A DNA stretch of 64,000 nucleotides, taken from contig OZ024741.1 of assembly GCA_964016885.1 (NCBI GenBank), positions 228,160,001 to 228,224,000 on the forward strand, in the 5' to 3' direction. The notes below the pieces were generated by a model, which was not told where the DNA came from, did no database searches, and saw only the letters and a list, made by a program, of their open reading frames with translations. Origin of the DNA: Eledone cirrhosa. Its lineage: Eukaryota. Shown in pieces: positions 45,850-57,345 of this stretch. The translations under genes were made by a program, and so were the position numbers. How positions within the stretch are numbered: the stretch's first letter is position 1; each line of letters begins with the position of its first letter.

Positions 45850-47490
45850 ATTAATGAATGTAAAGAATGAATAGGAGGAAGAAAAAACTACCCACAACTT
45901 ATCCAAAGGAAGGACTAGTTATTGATGTTGATAGTTTTAGGGCCAACAATGCAATCAAGGAGATGAAAAATGGTAAAACTGCAGGACCGTCAAAAATAGT
46001 TGCTGAGATGCTGAAAGCATCAAGAGAGGTAGGAGTCAAATTAGTATCCCATATAGTAAATCAAGTAATACATAACAGAGTCATACCCAATGACTGGCAC
46101 AGCAGTACAATCATAAATTGCTATAAGTGTAAAGATGATGCTCTAGAAAGGAGCAACTGTAGAGAAATAAAACTAAAGGACCAAGTTATGAAAGTGACTG
46201 AAAGAGTTACAGCTAATTAAGGAAAGAGTCAAAATAGATAAGATGCAGTTAGGTTTCATGAATGGGAAAAATACAACAGATACACTCTTCTTAGTGAGGC
46301 AAATTCAAGAGAAGTTCCTAACCAAAAATAAGCAACTATATTTAGCTTTTGTTGATCTAGAGTTCCCCAATCTATTATCTAGTGGTCCTTATGGAAATTA
46401 GGTTTAGAAAAATGGCTTGTGAGAGCAGTGAAAGCTATGTACAGAGAGCTGTCAGAAAAGTGAGAGGAAGAAAAGAGTTTAGCGAGGAATTCAAGGTACA
46501 GGTAGGTAGGAGTTCATCAAGGTTCAGTTCTTAGGCTACTGCTGTTCATCATGGTTCTTCAGGCCATAATAGAGGAGTTTAAAACAGGCTGACCATGGGA
46601 GCTTTTCTAAGCAGATGATTTGATCCTTATAGCTGAAACCAAATAAGAGCTAGAAAAGTAATTCCAACTATGGAAACTGAATTTGGAATCAAAGGCCTGA
46701 GAGTAAACTTAGCCAAAACTAAAGTGCTAGTGAGTAGGAGAGAAGACAGGACCCAGAATGCCTCAGAGAAGTGTCCATGCTCAATATGCAGAAAAGGAGT
46801 AGACAAAACTCCATACAATGTACACAATGTAAATCTTGGGTGCACAAAAGATGTAGTAGGAAAATGAGTAGACTAACAGGAAGGGAGAACTTCGCTTGTA
46901 GAAGATGCACAGGAGAAATCAAGAGAAAGAGTGCTAATGATATAAACATTTTCCAGTCACAAGAAGGATCCATAGATGTGATTGATAGCTTCTGCAGAGG
47001 AGGGTGTGCCGAGAGTATAATAGCTAGAATATAGGATAGGATGGAACCCACTGTTCCAACTACTGAAAACAACATGTTTCTCTCTACATACAAATGGAAG
47101 GCTGTGTGGCATCTGTGTGCGGTGCACAATGCTGCAGTGAAACATCTAGTAGTGAAACATGGGCCGTGATGGCAGAGAGCATGGGAGACTGGAGAGAAAT
47201 GAAGCAACCATGTTTCATTGGATGTGCAATGTAAATGTAAGAGAAGCCTGCGTTGGTATGGACATGTGATGCGCGTGGACAATGACCGATGGGTGAAGAA
47301 ATGTCAGGAAATCTCAGTGGAGGGAAACCGCAATAGCGGACGACCAAGAAAGACCTGAGCAGACCTCAAGTCCGCTAAGACTGGCAGAAGAGATGACGAA
47401 GGAATGCGACAAGTGGAGAGATGCCATGCTGAGTAGGAGTCATCAAAGGTAAGCATGGAAAAGTGGATGTAAAAACAATGATGATGATAT
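45850..47490 (+). mobile_element. RTE-clade LINE remnant with PHD-like finger
   Basis: MKNGKTAGP..IPNDW, LRVNLAKTKVL, CPCSICRKGV..CTQCKSWVHKRC, LRWYGHVMR; (GAT)n tail. Confidence 0.9.
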
Positions 47491-47695
47491 TCAAATTTTC
47501 AAATAATTTTGAAAATAATCATCAATTTAGAGGGATTTAGTAATTTCTCATTATTAAGCAGGCATTTGGAATTTAATTTAACAAATGTTCTTACATAAAA
47601 CAATGAGGGAATGCTTTTTTAGATGAATATAAGCACTTTAAACTTAACAGGTATCTATTGTAGAAATAGGATCAGTTTATAGATCGGTTGATATA

Positions 47696-47736
<41 letters not shown>

Positions 47737-49164
47737 ATATGAATATGTATGCATGTATATATGTGCATATGAATATGTATGCATGTGTATATGTGCATAT
47801 ATAGGTATTTGCGTGTGTATAATTTTTATACACTATATTTTCGTTAACGCAGCATCCACACCGGTCACCGTATACTTATATATGAGCCTAAATCCGAAAA
47901 CATTACCATTGATATTATTATTATTACTATTATTAATATCTACAGTATCTTTATCTTTAATCATTTTAATACTACTAATATAATTTTCCATATACGGTAG
48001 CTGGAAGATATTTGGCTATTCTAAAACAAATATTAGTCTCCTGATTTTTCTTCATAGCAAGAATTTGTTCTTCCCACTCCACTTAATGACGTAATTCTTC
48101 TTGCATACATTTTGCTCATCTCAAGAGAACATCCTCACATATATATATAGTATAACGTGTATATAATATATTGTATAGTCTATATTGTGTAATATATACT
48201 ATTTATACTATATAATGTATAATGTATATATAATGTGTATATATGTCATCATCATCATCGTCGTTTAATGTCCATTTTCCACACTAGTATAGGTATATAC
48301 ATATATATATAGATATATATTGTTTAGTATATATTGTGTAATGTATGTATAGAATATTTATATTGTACAATGTGTATGTATGTATATATATATATGTGTG
48401 TGTGTGTGTGATGTTGATGGACATGAGAATGAGTACCAATACCAAAGTAGAGTTTAAATATTCAGTATTATGTGATAAGACTTGTTACTCTGGAGAGTTT
48501 TGCCTATGTATTCACAGGATCATCCGACAAAATATAAGCCCTAATATCTAATATCAGGGCTTATAATTATGCTTTAGTTTTGAAATCTTCAGAAGAAGAT
48601 GGGTACCAAATAAATAAATCATAATCCATTATAAATGTAGACACATACAAAATATGGTGGGGTCTTCCACCGATTATTTTCATATTTAATTGCTACCACA
48701 AGTCAAGAATCATGACTATCTGTAATTTCCATCGATTTATATATTATAGCAATATATAAAACAATGCTATCAATGCGAGACAGCGTGTTCACAGTAATAT
48801 ATGCATCGTCATTATCACCATTCAATGTCTATTTTCTATGCTTGCATATGTTAACAGGGTTATCATATACATGGGGCTAGACTAGTCAGATGACTGTGTC
48901 TTGCTTGTATGCTGTTTTTGGCTTGCTTTCTATAGCTAGATGCCCTTCCTAATGCCAACCATTTTACAGCATGCACTGGTAACATTTTATGACCCTGGCA
49001 CTACCACCTTGCAGCATGGACTGAGTGCTTTTTGACATGGCACCAGATACATATAATTATTACATTATGCAAAACACCTGAGAAATTGGCATATAACTTC
49101 CTAAGTACCCTGAGTTGCCCGATGCAAGCTGATGTTATTGCTGCATCGTTCATCAGCTATTTTT

Positions 49165-49213
<49 letters not shown>

Positions 49214-49621
49214 TGTCCCCCAAAATGTACACATACTTCAACAGCATTCTAATGAATATTGCCTGTACAGGTGATCAAAGTGAGTCTAAATTTTTTTGAG
49301 ACACCCTGTGTATACATATAAACACACAGACAGATAGACAGACAGACAGACACACGGAAATGGGTTATTGTACAAAGAAAAAAGTACTCAGTATGTTATG
49401 TAGGGTATTTTAGTTATTTTGTAGTGAATGAATTCTATGCATATTATTTGGTGTTTCCTTGGAAAGTCTTAAGAATAGACATATGTGTATATCCCTAGGA
49501 AAGTCCAGGTAATATCTATGTGAGTCACTGGTTGCTAAACTACAAAACAACATATATACGTGTTAAATGATGGTGAAGTGTGTATATGTGTATACATGTG
49601 CATGTATGTATATATATATAT

Positions 49622-49860
49622 ATAATAATATAATAATACAAGGACAATTTGTTACGCCTTCATTACATTTATTGATTGGTGATGCGCGTTTCACTATTGA
49701 TCAGCTCAAGGTTCGATCTGCGTCGACCTGGCGCAATTCTGGAATCAAAACCTCGTCGAACCGAAAGAGTCGGGCCTTGAGCTGATCAATAGCTAAACGC
49801 GCATCAATCAATAAACGTTATGAAGGCTTAACAATTTGTACTTGTATTATTATATTATTA
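49622..49860. mobile_element. palindromic non-autonomous element of about 240 bp
   Basis: arms of about 95 bp: taataatataataatacaag..tattgatcagctcaagg and ccttgagctgatcaatag..cttgtattattatattatta. Confidence 0.8.
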
Positions 49861-50216
49861 CATTACACTGTCTAGCTCTACACCTCACTACTGATATGAA
49901 CCTAAACATCGAGTGCTCACCTGGATGAACCTACAGTAACTTCATATTACACTTCCTGGGTATATATATGTATATAAGTAGTGTTTTTATATATTTTATG
50001 TGGGTGTGTGTATGCAGGATATTCGTACATAAAAGGCAAAGGAAAGAAATGCTCAATCTAGTACAAGAGAGCTTATTTAGTTTATATTAGAGTTCATACA
50101 CTTAACATGTATGTACGACCTTAGGTTTCAGTGTCCAGTTATGGCTACCAGTATATACAAACACAAAAAGGCAGAAAGAGGAAGCTTGAAGAGGAAAAAT
50201 AAACTGTAATATTTAC

Positions 50217-50219
50217 CAT
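50217..50219 (-). CDS. probable start-codon exon of the calmodulin-like gene (within a 19-nt micro-exon, 50217-50235)
   Basis: ttttatcttacattttag|agaaaaattaacaataATG|gtaaat; an ATG-terminated exon is typical of calmodulin genes and completes a 149-aa ORF; the link is not proven. Confidence 0.55.
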
Positions 50220-50805
50220 TATTGTTAATTTTTCTCTAAAATGTAAGATAAAAGGCAATAGGTAAACCTGAGTAACAAACACAATGACCTCTGCAACTAA
50301 TACTAAGAATTGATACTACTAGTACTGCTAGCACACCTTGATGACTGAGTGACTAGCAGTCAGGGTGTTGTCTTATATCACTGTTGGTTTCACAGAGAAA
50401 CAAGGTCAGCAACTGAAAACTTCAAAATATTTTAATAAAGAAATATCGCCACCAGCACCATACACACTCACACATAGACAGACACATAATCTGTTTGAGC
50501 TTATCTCTACTACAATGACACATAAACTAGCAAAGACAACATAGTTGGAGACAATGTAATCACTGGACCAGCTAACTGGGAAGTTTTCTTCAACTAACTT
50601 GTCCTAAATAAGGCATGACACAGTTGCTAATTTAGTCATAGTACCTTTAAAACAATACAAAACAGTCATGGATATAATGCTTTTGACCACAGACCTGCTT
50701 GATAAAATTCATAAAAAGTAGCATAATATTTTCAAAGAGTAGTGAATTGTGTTAGAAAGTAGTCCAAAATGAAAATTATGCCTGTATATTAAATTTATAT
50801 ATAAA

Positions 50806-51610
50806 CTAGCAGTAAAGCCCGGCGTTGCTCGGGGCTGCTCAGAAGCTGTGTTAAAGTTACAATGTTAAGTTCCTTTCTTGGCTTAAAAACTGTAGAGTCT
50901 ACAGTGTAGACTTTCATGTGGTACTTTTGATTAATATTCCCTCAACCAACAGTATGCCTTATGAAGTTAAGAAAACATAATCATAACCCGAATGTTAAAA
51001 CAAAAAGGGATGCTGGGTATAAAAACTGCACTGGTAATCTATTAACAAAAATCGAAAATGTAAACACTGCAATACTTGTCTCAGAGAAAAACATCAGCGT
51101 AACCAAACTATCAGTTATTTTGAAACAAAGAAATTGGATGGTCATGAAAAACAAAACAAAATGCAATTTTATTGCCTATCACCTCTCTGCACGACTGTTG
51201 TCTGCACAACTTTATCGCCTATATCACCTCTCTGCACGACTGTCTGTCTGCACAACTTTATCTCCTATATCACTTCTCTGCATGACTGTCTGTCTGCATG
51301 CCTCCATTGTCTATCAGCCCAACTGTCTGTCTGCACAACTTTATCACCTATATCACCTCTCTGCACAACTTTATCGTCTATAACAGTAAAGCTTGGCATT
51401 GCTCGGTGCTGCTCAGTAGCTGTGTTAAAGTTACAATGTTAAGTTCCTTTCTTGGCTTAAAAACTGTAGAGTCTACAGTGTAGACTTTCATGTGGTACTT
51501 TTGATTAATATTCCCTCAACCAACAGTATGTCTTATGAAGTTAACAAAACATAACCATTGCTTCTAAATGAAAATCTCATAAGGCTTTATTCGAGATTAT
51601 ATATATAGAT
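50806..51610 (+). mobile_element. non-autonomous Helentron-like element with internal duplication and minisatellite
   Basis: 5' ACTAGCAGTAAAGCCCGGCGTTGCTCGGG and 3' ATTATATATATAGAT; 50810-50975 recurs at 51384-51555; tatcacctctctgcacgactgt.. tandem units at 51176-51380. Confidence 0.65.
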
Positions 51611-52149
51611 CAATGCTTTTTTTACTAAATATTTGCTTGTTTTGCGGTGTATTCAAATAGGCTTGTTTTCAAGTAAAAATATTGTTTTCAAAGACTTTTT
51701 AATGGAAATGAAGCAAAATGGAAGCTTAATGTTGAAACGTCAAACTCATGAATTTTGCAGGTTAAAATTTTGCTGGCCCGAAAACTATTCGTGTATTTTT
51801 GTACTTTTGCACGTGTAGTTTGTTCGTAACGTAAACAGATAAACAAATGACACCATAAAAGTGAAATAACTTGTCTCTCATCTCTATTTATACATTTGAA
51901 CTGAAAAATCAATACATTACAAATTCGATTTTTGCACTTGGCGTGGGTCGATTTGAAATTTTTTTTTTTATTAAGGCTAAACTTGTTACCCTGGAGAAAC
52001 TACAGAATAACAAGACTCAAACATAGCCTTAATAAAGAAGGACAGGATGGTTTGAGATAATGCTTCCTGAAACCAACCCTTTTAGTCACCATGAAATATA
52101 ACATCCACTAATAGTGTACATATTCTAAAAACCAGCATATATATGCTAA

Positions 52150-52640
52150 CGAAAGGTTTCTCCCTGTGAATAAAAGGTCGGTTGTATGATACCTGTGTGA
52201 GATACACGATGCTGTTTGGTAGTGAGACAAGGACAGCAACTGCAGAGGATATGCGAAGGCTGGAGAGAAATGAAACGAGCATACTTCGATGGATGTGCAA
52301 TGTGCAATGTGAGTGAACGACCAAGCATGGATGAGTTGAGTGTGAAACTGTATAAGAGGAATAAACTGTAGTGTGCAGGAGAGAAGACTGCATTGGTATG
52401 GCCATGTGATGCGCATGGATGATGACCGCTGGATAAAGAAGTGCCAAGCAATCCCGGTGGAAGGAAACGCAGTAGAGGAAGACCACGAAAAATATGGGCG
52501 AGGTGGTGAGAGCTGACCTCAGATCGCTGAAGCTCACAGAGGAGATGAAGAAGGACCGTGACAAATTGAGAGATCCTGTGCTGAAAAGGACCCATCCCAC
52601 CTTTGCAAGCAGGGAAAAGCCAACATAAAATGATGATGAT
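52150..52640 (+). mobile_element. RTE LINE 3' fragment
   Basis: MLFGSET..MRRLERNETSILRWMC, RLHWYGHVMRM, RGRPRK; (GAT)n tail. Confidence 0.85.
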
Positions 52641-52786
52641 ATATATATATATATGTATATGTAGGAGGTGAGTTTTATTGTAGTACAATAAAGCAATGCA
52701 GATATCGGATAAGTAGCACTCTACAGTTTGTAGGACTGGAGTATAAATAATATATAAGATCAAAAGATGGTTAAAAGAGTTCCATG

Positions 52787-52857
52787 TATTTTATTATGCG
52801 CATTTCAAAAACAAATATCATCATGCGATGACATTTGCTTTTTCGTCAGATAAAATA
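52787..52857 (-). ncRNA. type I hammerhead ribozyme (left arm)
   Basis: reverse complement of 55314-55384 with one substitution in stem II. Confidence 0.88.
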
Positions 52858-53865
52858 GGGAGACATGATATGAAGGTTAAAAAACACCTGTGAATAGTGC
52901 AGTTTCAAATCAACATATGAAAAGTAGTTTTAGATTGATGTGTGATATTGGGAAAAAAAAATTAAGGGGGGGGGGGGTGAAAAAGAGGAGGAGATGAGAG
53001 TAAAAAGTGGAGGGGGAGGAGTATAATAAGGAAGGATGAGATAGGAGGAGAGATGGGTGATAGAGAGAGAGAGATAGATAGAAAAATATATTGTTTTACA
53101 TAGAGAGGTTAAAAAAACCGTTGGAAGATAATATATAAATTAAAAGAATTTGAAAATTAGCGAAGAGAAAAATTTTAGAATAATGTTAAATTAAGGTTTG
53201 TATATTGAAGGGTTTAATAATATGTGCGATGAAAAGAAATTGTTAATATGTATTAAGAATAGTATTTAAGGGTTTAATAATATGTGCGATGGAAAGAAAT
53301 TGTTGATATGTATTATTAAAAAATATAAAAATATAACAATAGTAATGTAATTAAGGATATATTGTGAAAAGAAGTAGAAGAGTGGATGAATAAGTGTAAT
53401 ATGTATAAGTTAGATGAGCATGAAAGGGAGAAAAAAAGAATGAATTGAGGATGAATAATCTAACGTCAAAAAAATGTTTATGTTTACGAAGGATTTTTCA
53501 AGGTGATATAAAGTATTTAAAAGGGTAAGGATATATTGTGGTGAGTAATAATGAGAATTGAGAAGTATCTAGGATGAAAAGGTACAGATTAGAGGTTAGA
53601 AATTAAAAGAAAAAGCAAAAGAAAAAAAGAAAGAAAGGGAAGTGATAAATAGGAGTGATATAGAATGAGTAACTAGTATTATAAATGTATAATAAATAAC
53701 ATTGAAATAAGGTAGAAAGATGGGTATATTTTTAAAGAAATATATATGTATATATATATATGTGCCTTTGAGAAAAGGATTTTAAATTGGTAAAGTATTA
53801 GATATTAGCTGTATACTTTATGGAATGTTCTGTGGAATTTATGCAAGCAGAGAGAAAACAAATCA

Positions 53866-54399
53866 GTGCGTCTATTTATTATAGAATCTAAAAACATCTT
53901 TGATGCTAACACCAATTACTATAATAACGCGCTTTCTAAAGCCGGTTATCCTGATAAAATCAAATATAGTAAAGAAACAAATTCTAGAAGATCTTACAGT
54001 AGAATAATTAATCATGATCATTCCAATAACTTTTATAAAAGACCTAGATACAAAAACATAATCTGGTATAATGCTCCTTTCTCCATCTCTATTAGTAATA
54101 TACGTGAACAGCAAAGCATAAACGAACTAAGGGAGAAATTAGAAATAAGGGGGATCAGATGTTGTTTACTCGAGAGAAGACTACGTTGGTATGGTCACGT
54201 GATGCGCATGAAAGACGACAGCTGTATAAAAAAGAGCAGGGCAATAAAAAAAGACGGTAGCCACGGAGTAGGCAGACCCAGAAAAACCTGGGACAACTTG
54301 ATAAATTCCGACCTCACACACTTACACCTCTCCAAGACAATGTCACTGGACCGAGACCTTTGGCGCTACACAGTAATAGAGAAGACCCGCCTTACCTAA
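53866..54399 (+). pseudogene. chimeric ORF: Naiad-like PLE thumb/linker fused in frame to an RTE ORF2 C-terminus
   Basis: IFD..YYNNALSKAGY..NIIWYNAPFS followed by ELREKL..RRLRWYGHVMRM..GRPRKTW. Confidence 0.7.
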
Positions 54400-55313
54400 G
54401 TGCAAAGTGAAACCTACTACAGTCAGTAGGCACCTCTAACAAAATACACCCCCGTCCCACTACCCCCACCCCATCCACACCACCCCTTTCAATGTAAAGT
54501 TATGTTGGTACCACAACATCCAGCCCGAAACAAATGAGGTTGTGTAGGTGTCACGACAAAAAAAAACACAGTCCACGCTGTAATGTGGCCGTGTAGGTAA
54601 CACGGTAAAAACCTCCCAGTTCCACACTGTAAATGTGGTTGGTGTTAGGAAAATCCTTCGTAAACATAAACATTTTTTTGACGTTAGATTATTCATCCTC
54701 AATTCATTCTTTTTTTCTCCCTTTCATGCTCATCTAACTTATACATATTACACTTATTCATCCACTCTTCTACTTCTTTTCACAATATATCCTTAATTAC
54801 ATTACTATTGTTATATTTTTATATTTTTTAATAATACATATCAACAATTTCTTTCCATCGCACATATTATTAAACCCTTAAATACTATTCTTAATACATA
54901 TTAACAATTTCTTTTCATCGCACATATTATTAAACCCTTCAATATACAAACCTTAATTTAACATTATTCTAAAATTTTTCTCTTCCCTAATTTTCAAATT
55001 CTTTTAATTTATATATTATCTTCCAACGGTTTTTTAACCTCTCTATGTAAAACAATATATTTTTCTCAGTTATAAAAGCTATCTCTCTCTCTCTATCACC
55101 TATCTCTCCTCCTATCTCATCCTTCCTTATTATACTCCTCCCCCTCCACTTTTTACTCTCATCTCCTCCTCTTTTTCATCCTTTCCACCCACCCCCCACC
55201 CCCTCAATTTTTTTCCCCCCCAATATCACACATCAATCTAAAACTACTTTTCATATGTTGATTTAAAACTGCACTATTCACAAGTGTTTTTTAACCTTCA
55301 TATCATGTCTCCC

Positions 55314-55384
55314 TATTTTATCTGACGAAAACGCAAATGTCATCGCATGATGATATTTGTTTTTGAAATGCGCATAATAAAATA
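55314..55384 (+). ncRNA. type I hammerhead ribozyme (right arm)
   Basis: TATTTTAT-CTGACGA-aaac-GCAAATGTCATC gcat GATGATATTTGT-tttt-GAAA-TGCGCA-TA-ATAAAATA: 8-bp stem I, long stem II, palindromic stem III. Confidence 0.9.
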
Positions 55385-55414
55385 CATGGAACTCTTTTAA
55401 CCATCTTTTGATCT

Positions 55415-55469
<55 letters not shown>

Positions 55470-55474
<5 letters not shown>

Positions 55475-55990
55475 GTAAATTTCTTTAAGTCGTTTGGAAG
55501 CCTCGACAATGCAAATGGGTAAATCTCCGGGTAACAAGATCCAGTGGTGGAGAGAGAGATGTAAGTGGGTGTACGTTGAGATGCGTGGTGTGTATAAGGC
55601 GTGTAGAGGAATGAAGGAAAGAGCATAAAGGATAAAATTAAAATAATAACAACACAAGAGAGAGTTACCTTGGGAGAGATTTAATTGTCCCTATATATTT
55701 CGGATTCACATCCATCAACTGGGTTTTTTTTCCGGAGTGGGGGAAAGGTTGTCTGTCAGAAAGGTGTGAAATGCGTCCTCCGCTGTTCGTTGTTTTGAAT
55801 ATCTGAGGTATTCAGCAGAGCGCGCGTGCGCGTGAAATGGGGTCGGTCGGGCAGAGGTCAGCGGCCGAAGTAGTTCTTTCAATTGTGGAAGTGGGGTGGC
55901 GCTAGCTGTCAGTCCATTCTCTGCCTGTTTGTTAAATGTTACTGTGTGTGTGTTGTTGTCTCGCTTGAGTGTGTGTGCGTGTGTTGTTGC
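55470..55990 (-). mobile_element. dispersed element homologous to 4705-5277 (longer copy)
   Basis: shared sequence of about 330 bp; near-identical spurious ORF translations. Confidence 0.75.
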
Positions 55991-57134
55991 CTTGTTCCTC
56001 TGTATTGCCAATACTGAATAATAAACAAAATGGTCATGACTGGAATGTCTGATCATATGACTTCTTGATCAGAGCTAATTGAGGCTAATTAACGAGGAAG
56101 AAAACCACAAGATGATTTAATCCCAGATATACTACATCTGAATAATACACTGGATTGCACAGTGGGAACGTCTTTCATCATAGCTTCTTGATCATGGGAT
56201 AATGTAATCCTAGGTACACTATGTTTTAATAGTGAACAGGATAATTACGGATGAAATATATAAATACTTATTGTAATGCACTTTTTAGCTTTATGCAATA
56301 AAATGTGCCAAAATATTTTTTTATTTTTGTAACATATCCCATGAGGGATGAGCTCCACCAGGCTTAAAATGCCCAAGAAACGCTGTATATCAATACTGTG
56401 TCCCTACGACTCTATCAGGGACCATACATACCGTAAGTAAAACAAGTTTAGAAACCATGGTTTCAGCGTATTTTCAAATGTTAGTAGGTTATCTCGCCCT
56501 GCACCCATTACTCACAGTTTATGTCATGAGTTTCAAAGTGATCGTTTGACTTGCAAGAAATAGTAGCCAAATTTGCCTCAAATTAAAACCTACCATCGTA
56601 ATAAAAGAAAAGGTCATTAGCACTGGTGTTATGGCGCTTCCAAATTTCACAGGTAGAACATAAATTTATTATAAGTAACTTTCCCATATGATCAGATAAC
56701 TATTCCTGACAAGATACCTGGTGATGTACAAAATATCTAACACATTCATGATCATATTTTTTATTAAGTTGAAGTTCTTACATAAAATTATGATGGAAAG
56801 TTTTTAGATATGATCACTTTAAAATGGACTATTATTATTACAGAGCAAGGGCGATGGATTGGCAGTATCGGTAGTGGATCGGACACCATGCTTTGACGTG
56901 TAGAGTTACGGCCCTTGCCATTCTGAGTTCAAATCCCGCCGAGGTTAACTTTACCTTTCATCCTTACGCAGTCGATAAAATAAAGTACCAGTAATACACT
57001 GGATAATTGCTGGCCTTGTGCCAAAAAGTAGAAACAATTATTACAGAGCCAGAAGTAGTTTCAGACATGTTGGTATTAACATGGAATTAAACTCAAGATC
57101 CATGTTAATACTTATCATTTGAGCGGTAGACAAT

Positions 57135-57345
57135 CTATTGTACAGTTTAAAGTATTGGTCTCTCCCCGACAGGTTTGCAGTTGAGCCCCTAACAGTGGAG
57201 ACTTCTGGTGTACTTGGCCCTAGGGCTACCTGCCTACTCACCACCATAGGTGGCCGCAGGTGTAAGCCTCGTGAGATGGAATGGCTCTTCCAGTGCATCT
57301 CCCTCACCATCTTCTGGGGGTAACGCCTTCTCTATTCTGTTCGCC
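57135..57345 (+). mobile_element. CRE-like non-LTR retrotransposon C-terminal fragment
   Basis: KY..F..PLTVETSGVLGP.A..LL..IG..E..WLFQ.IS resembles the restriction-like endonuclease tail. Confidence 0.55.

Larger units (their letters stand above)
52750..55421. mobile_element. Penelope-type cassette: inverted arms of about 730-760 bp (52750-53485 and 54657-55421) flanking a PLE/RTE chimeric ORF and a SINE-like segment
   Basis: arms are reverse complements with few differences; each carries a hammerhead. Confidence 0.85.

Noticed and set aside
51176-51380. CRISPR-like regularly spaced repeats
   Set aside because: Degenerate tandem minisatellite without unique spacers, inside a eukaryotic transposon
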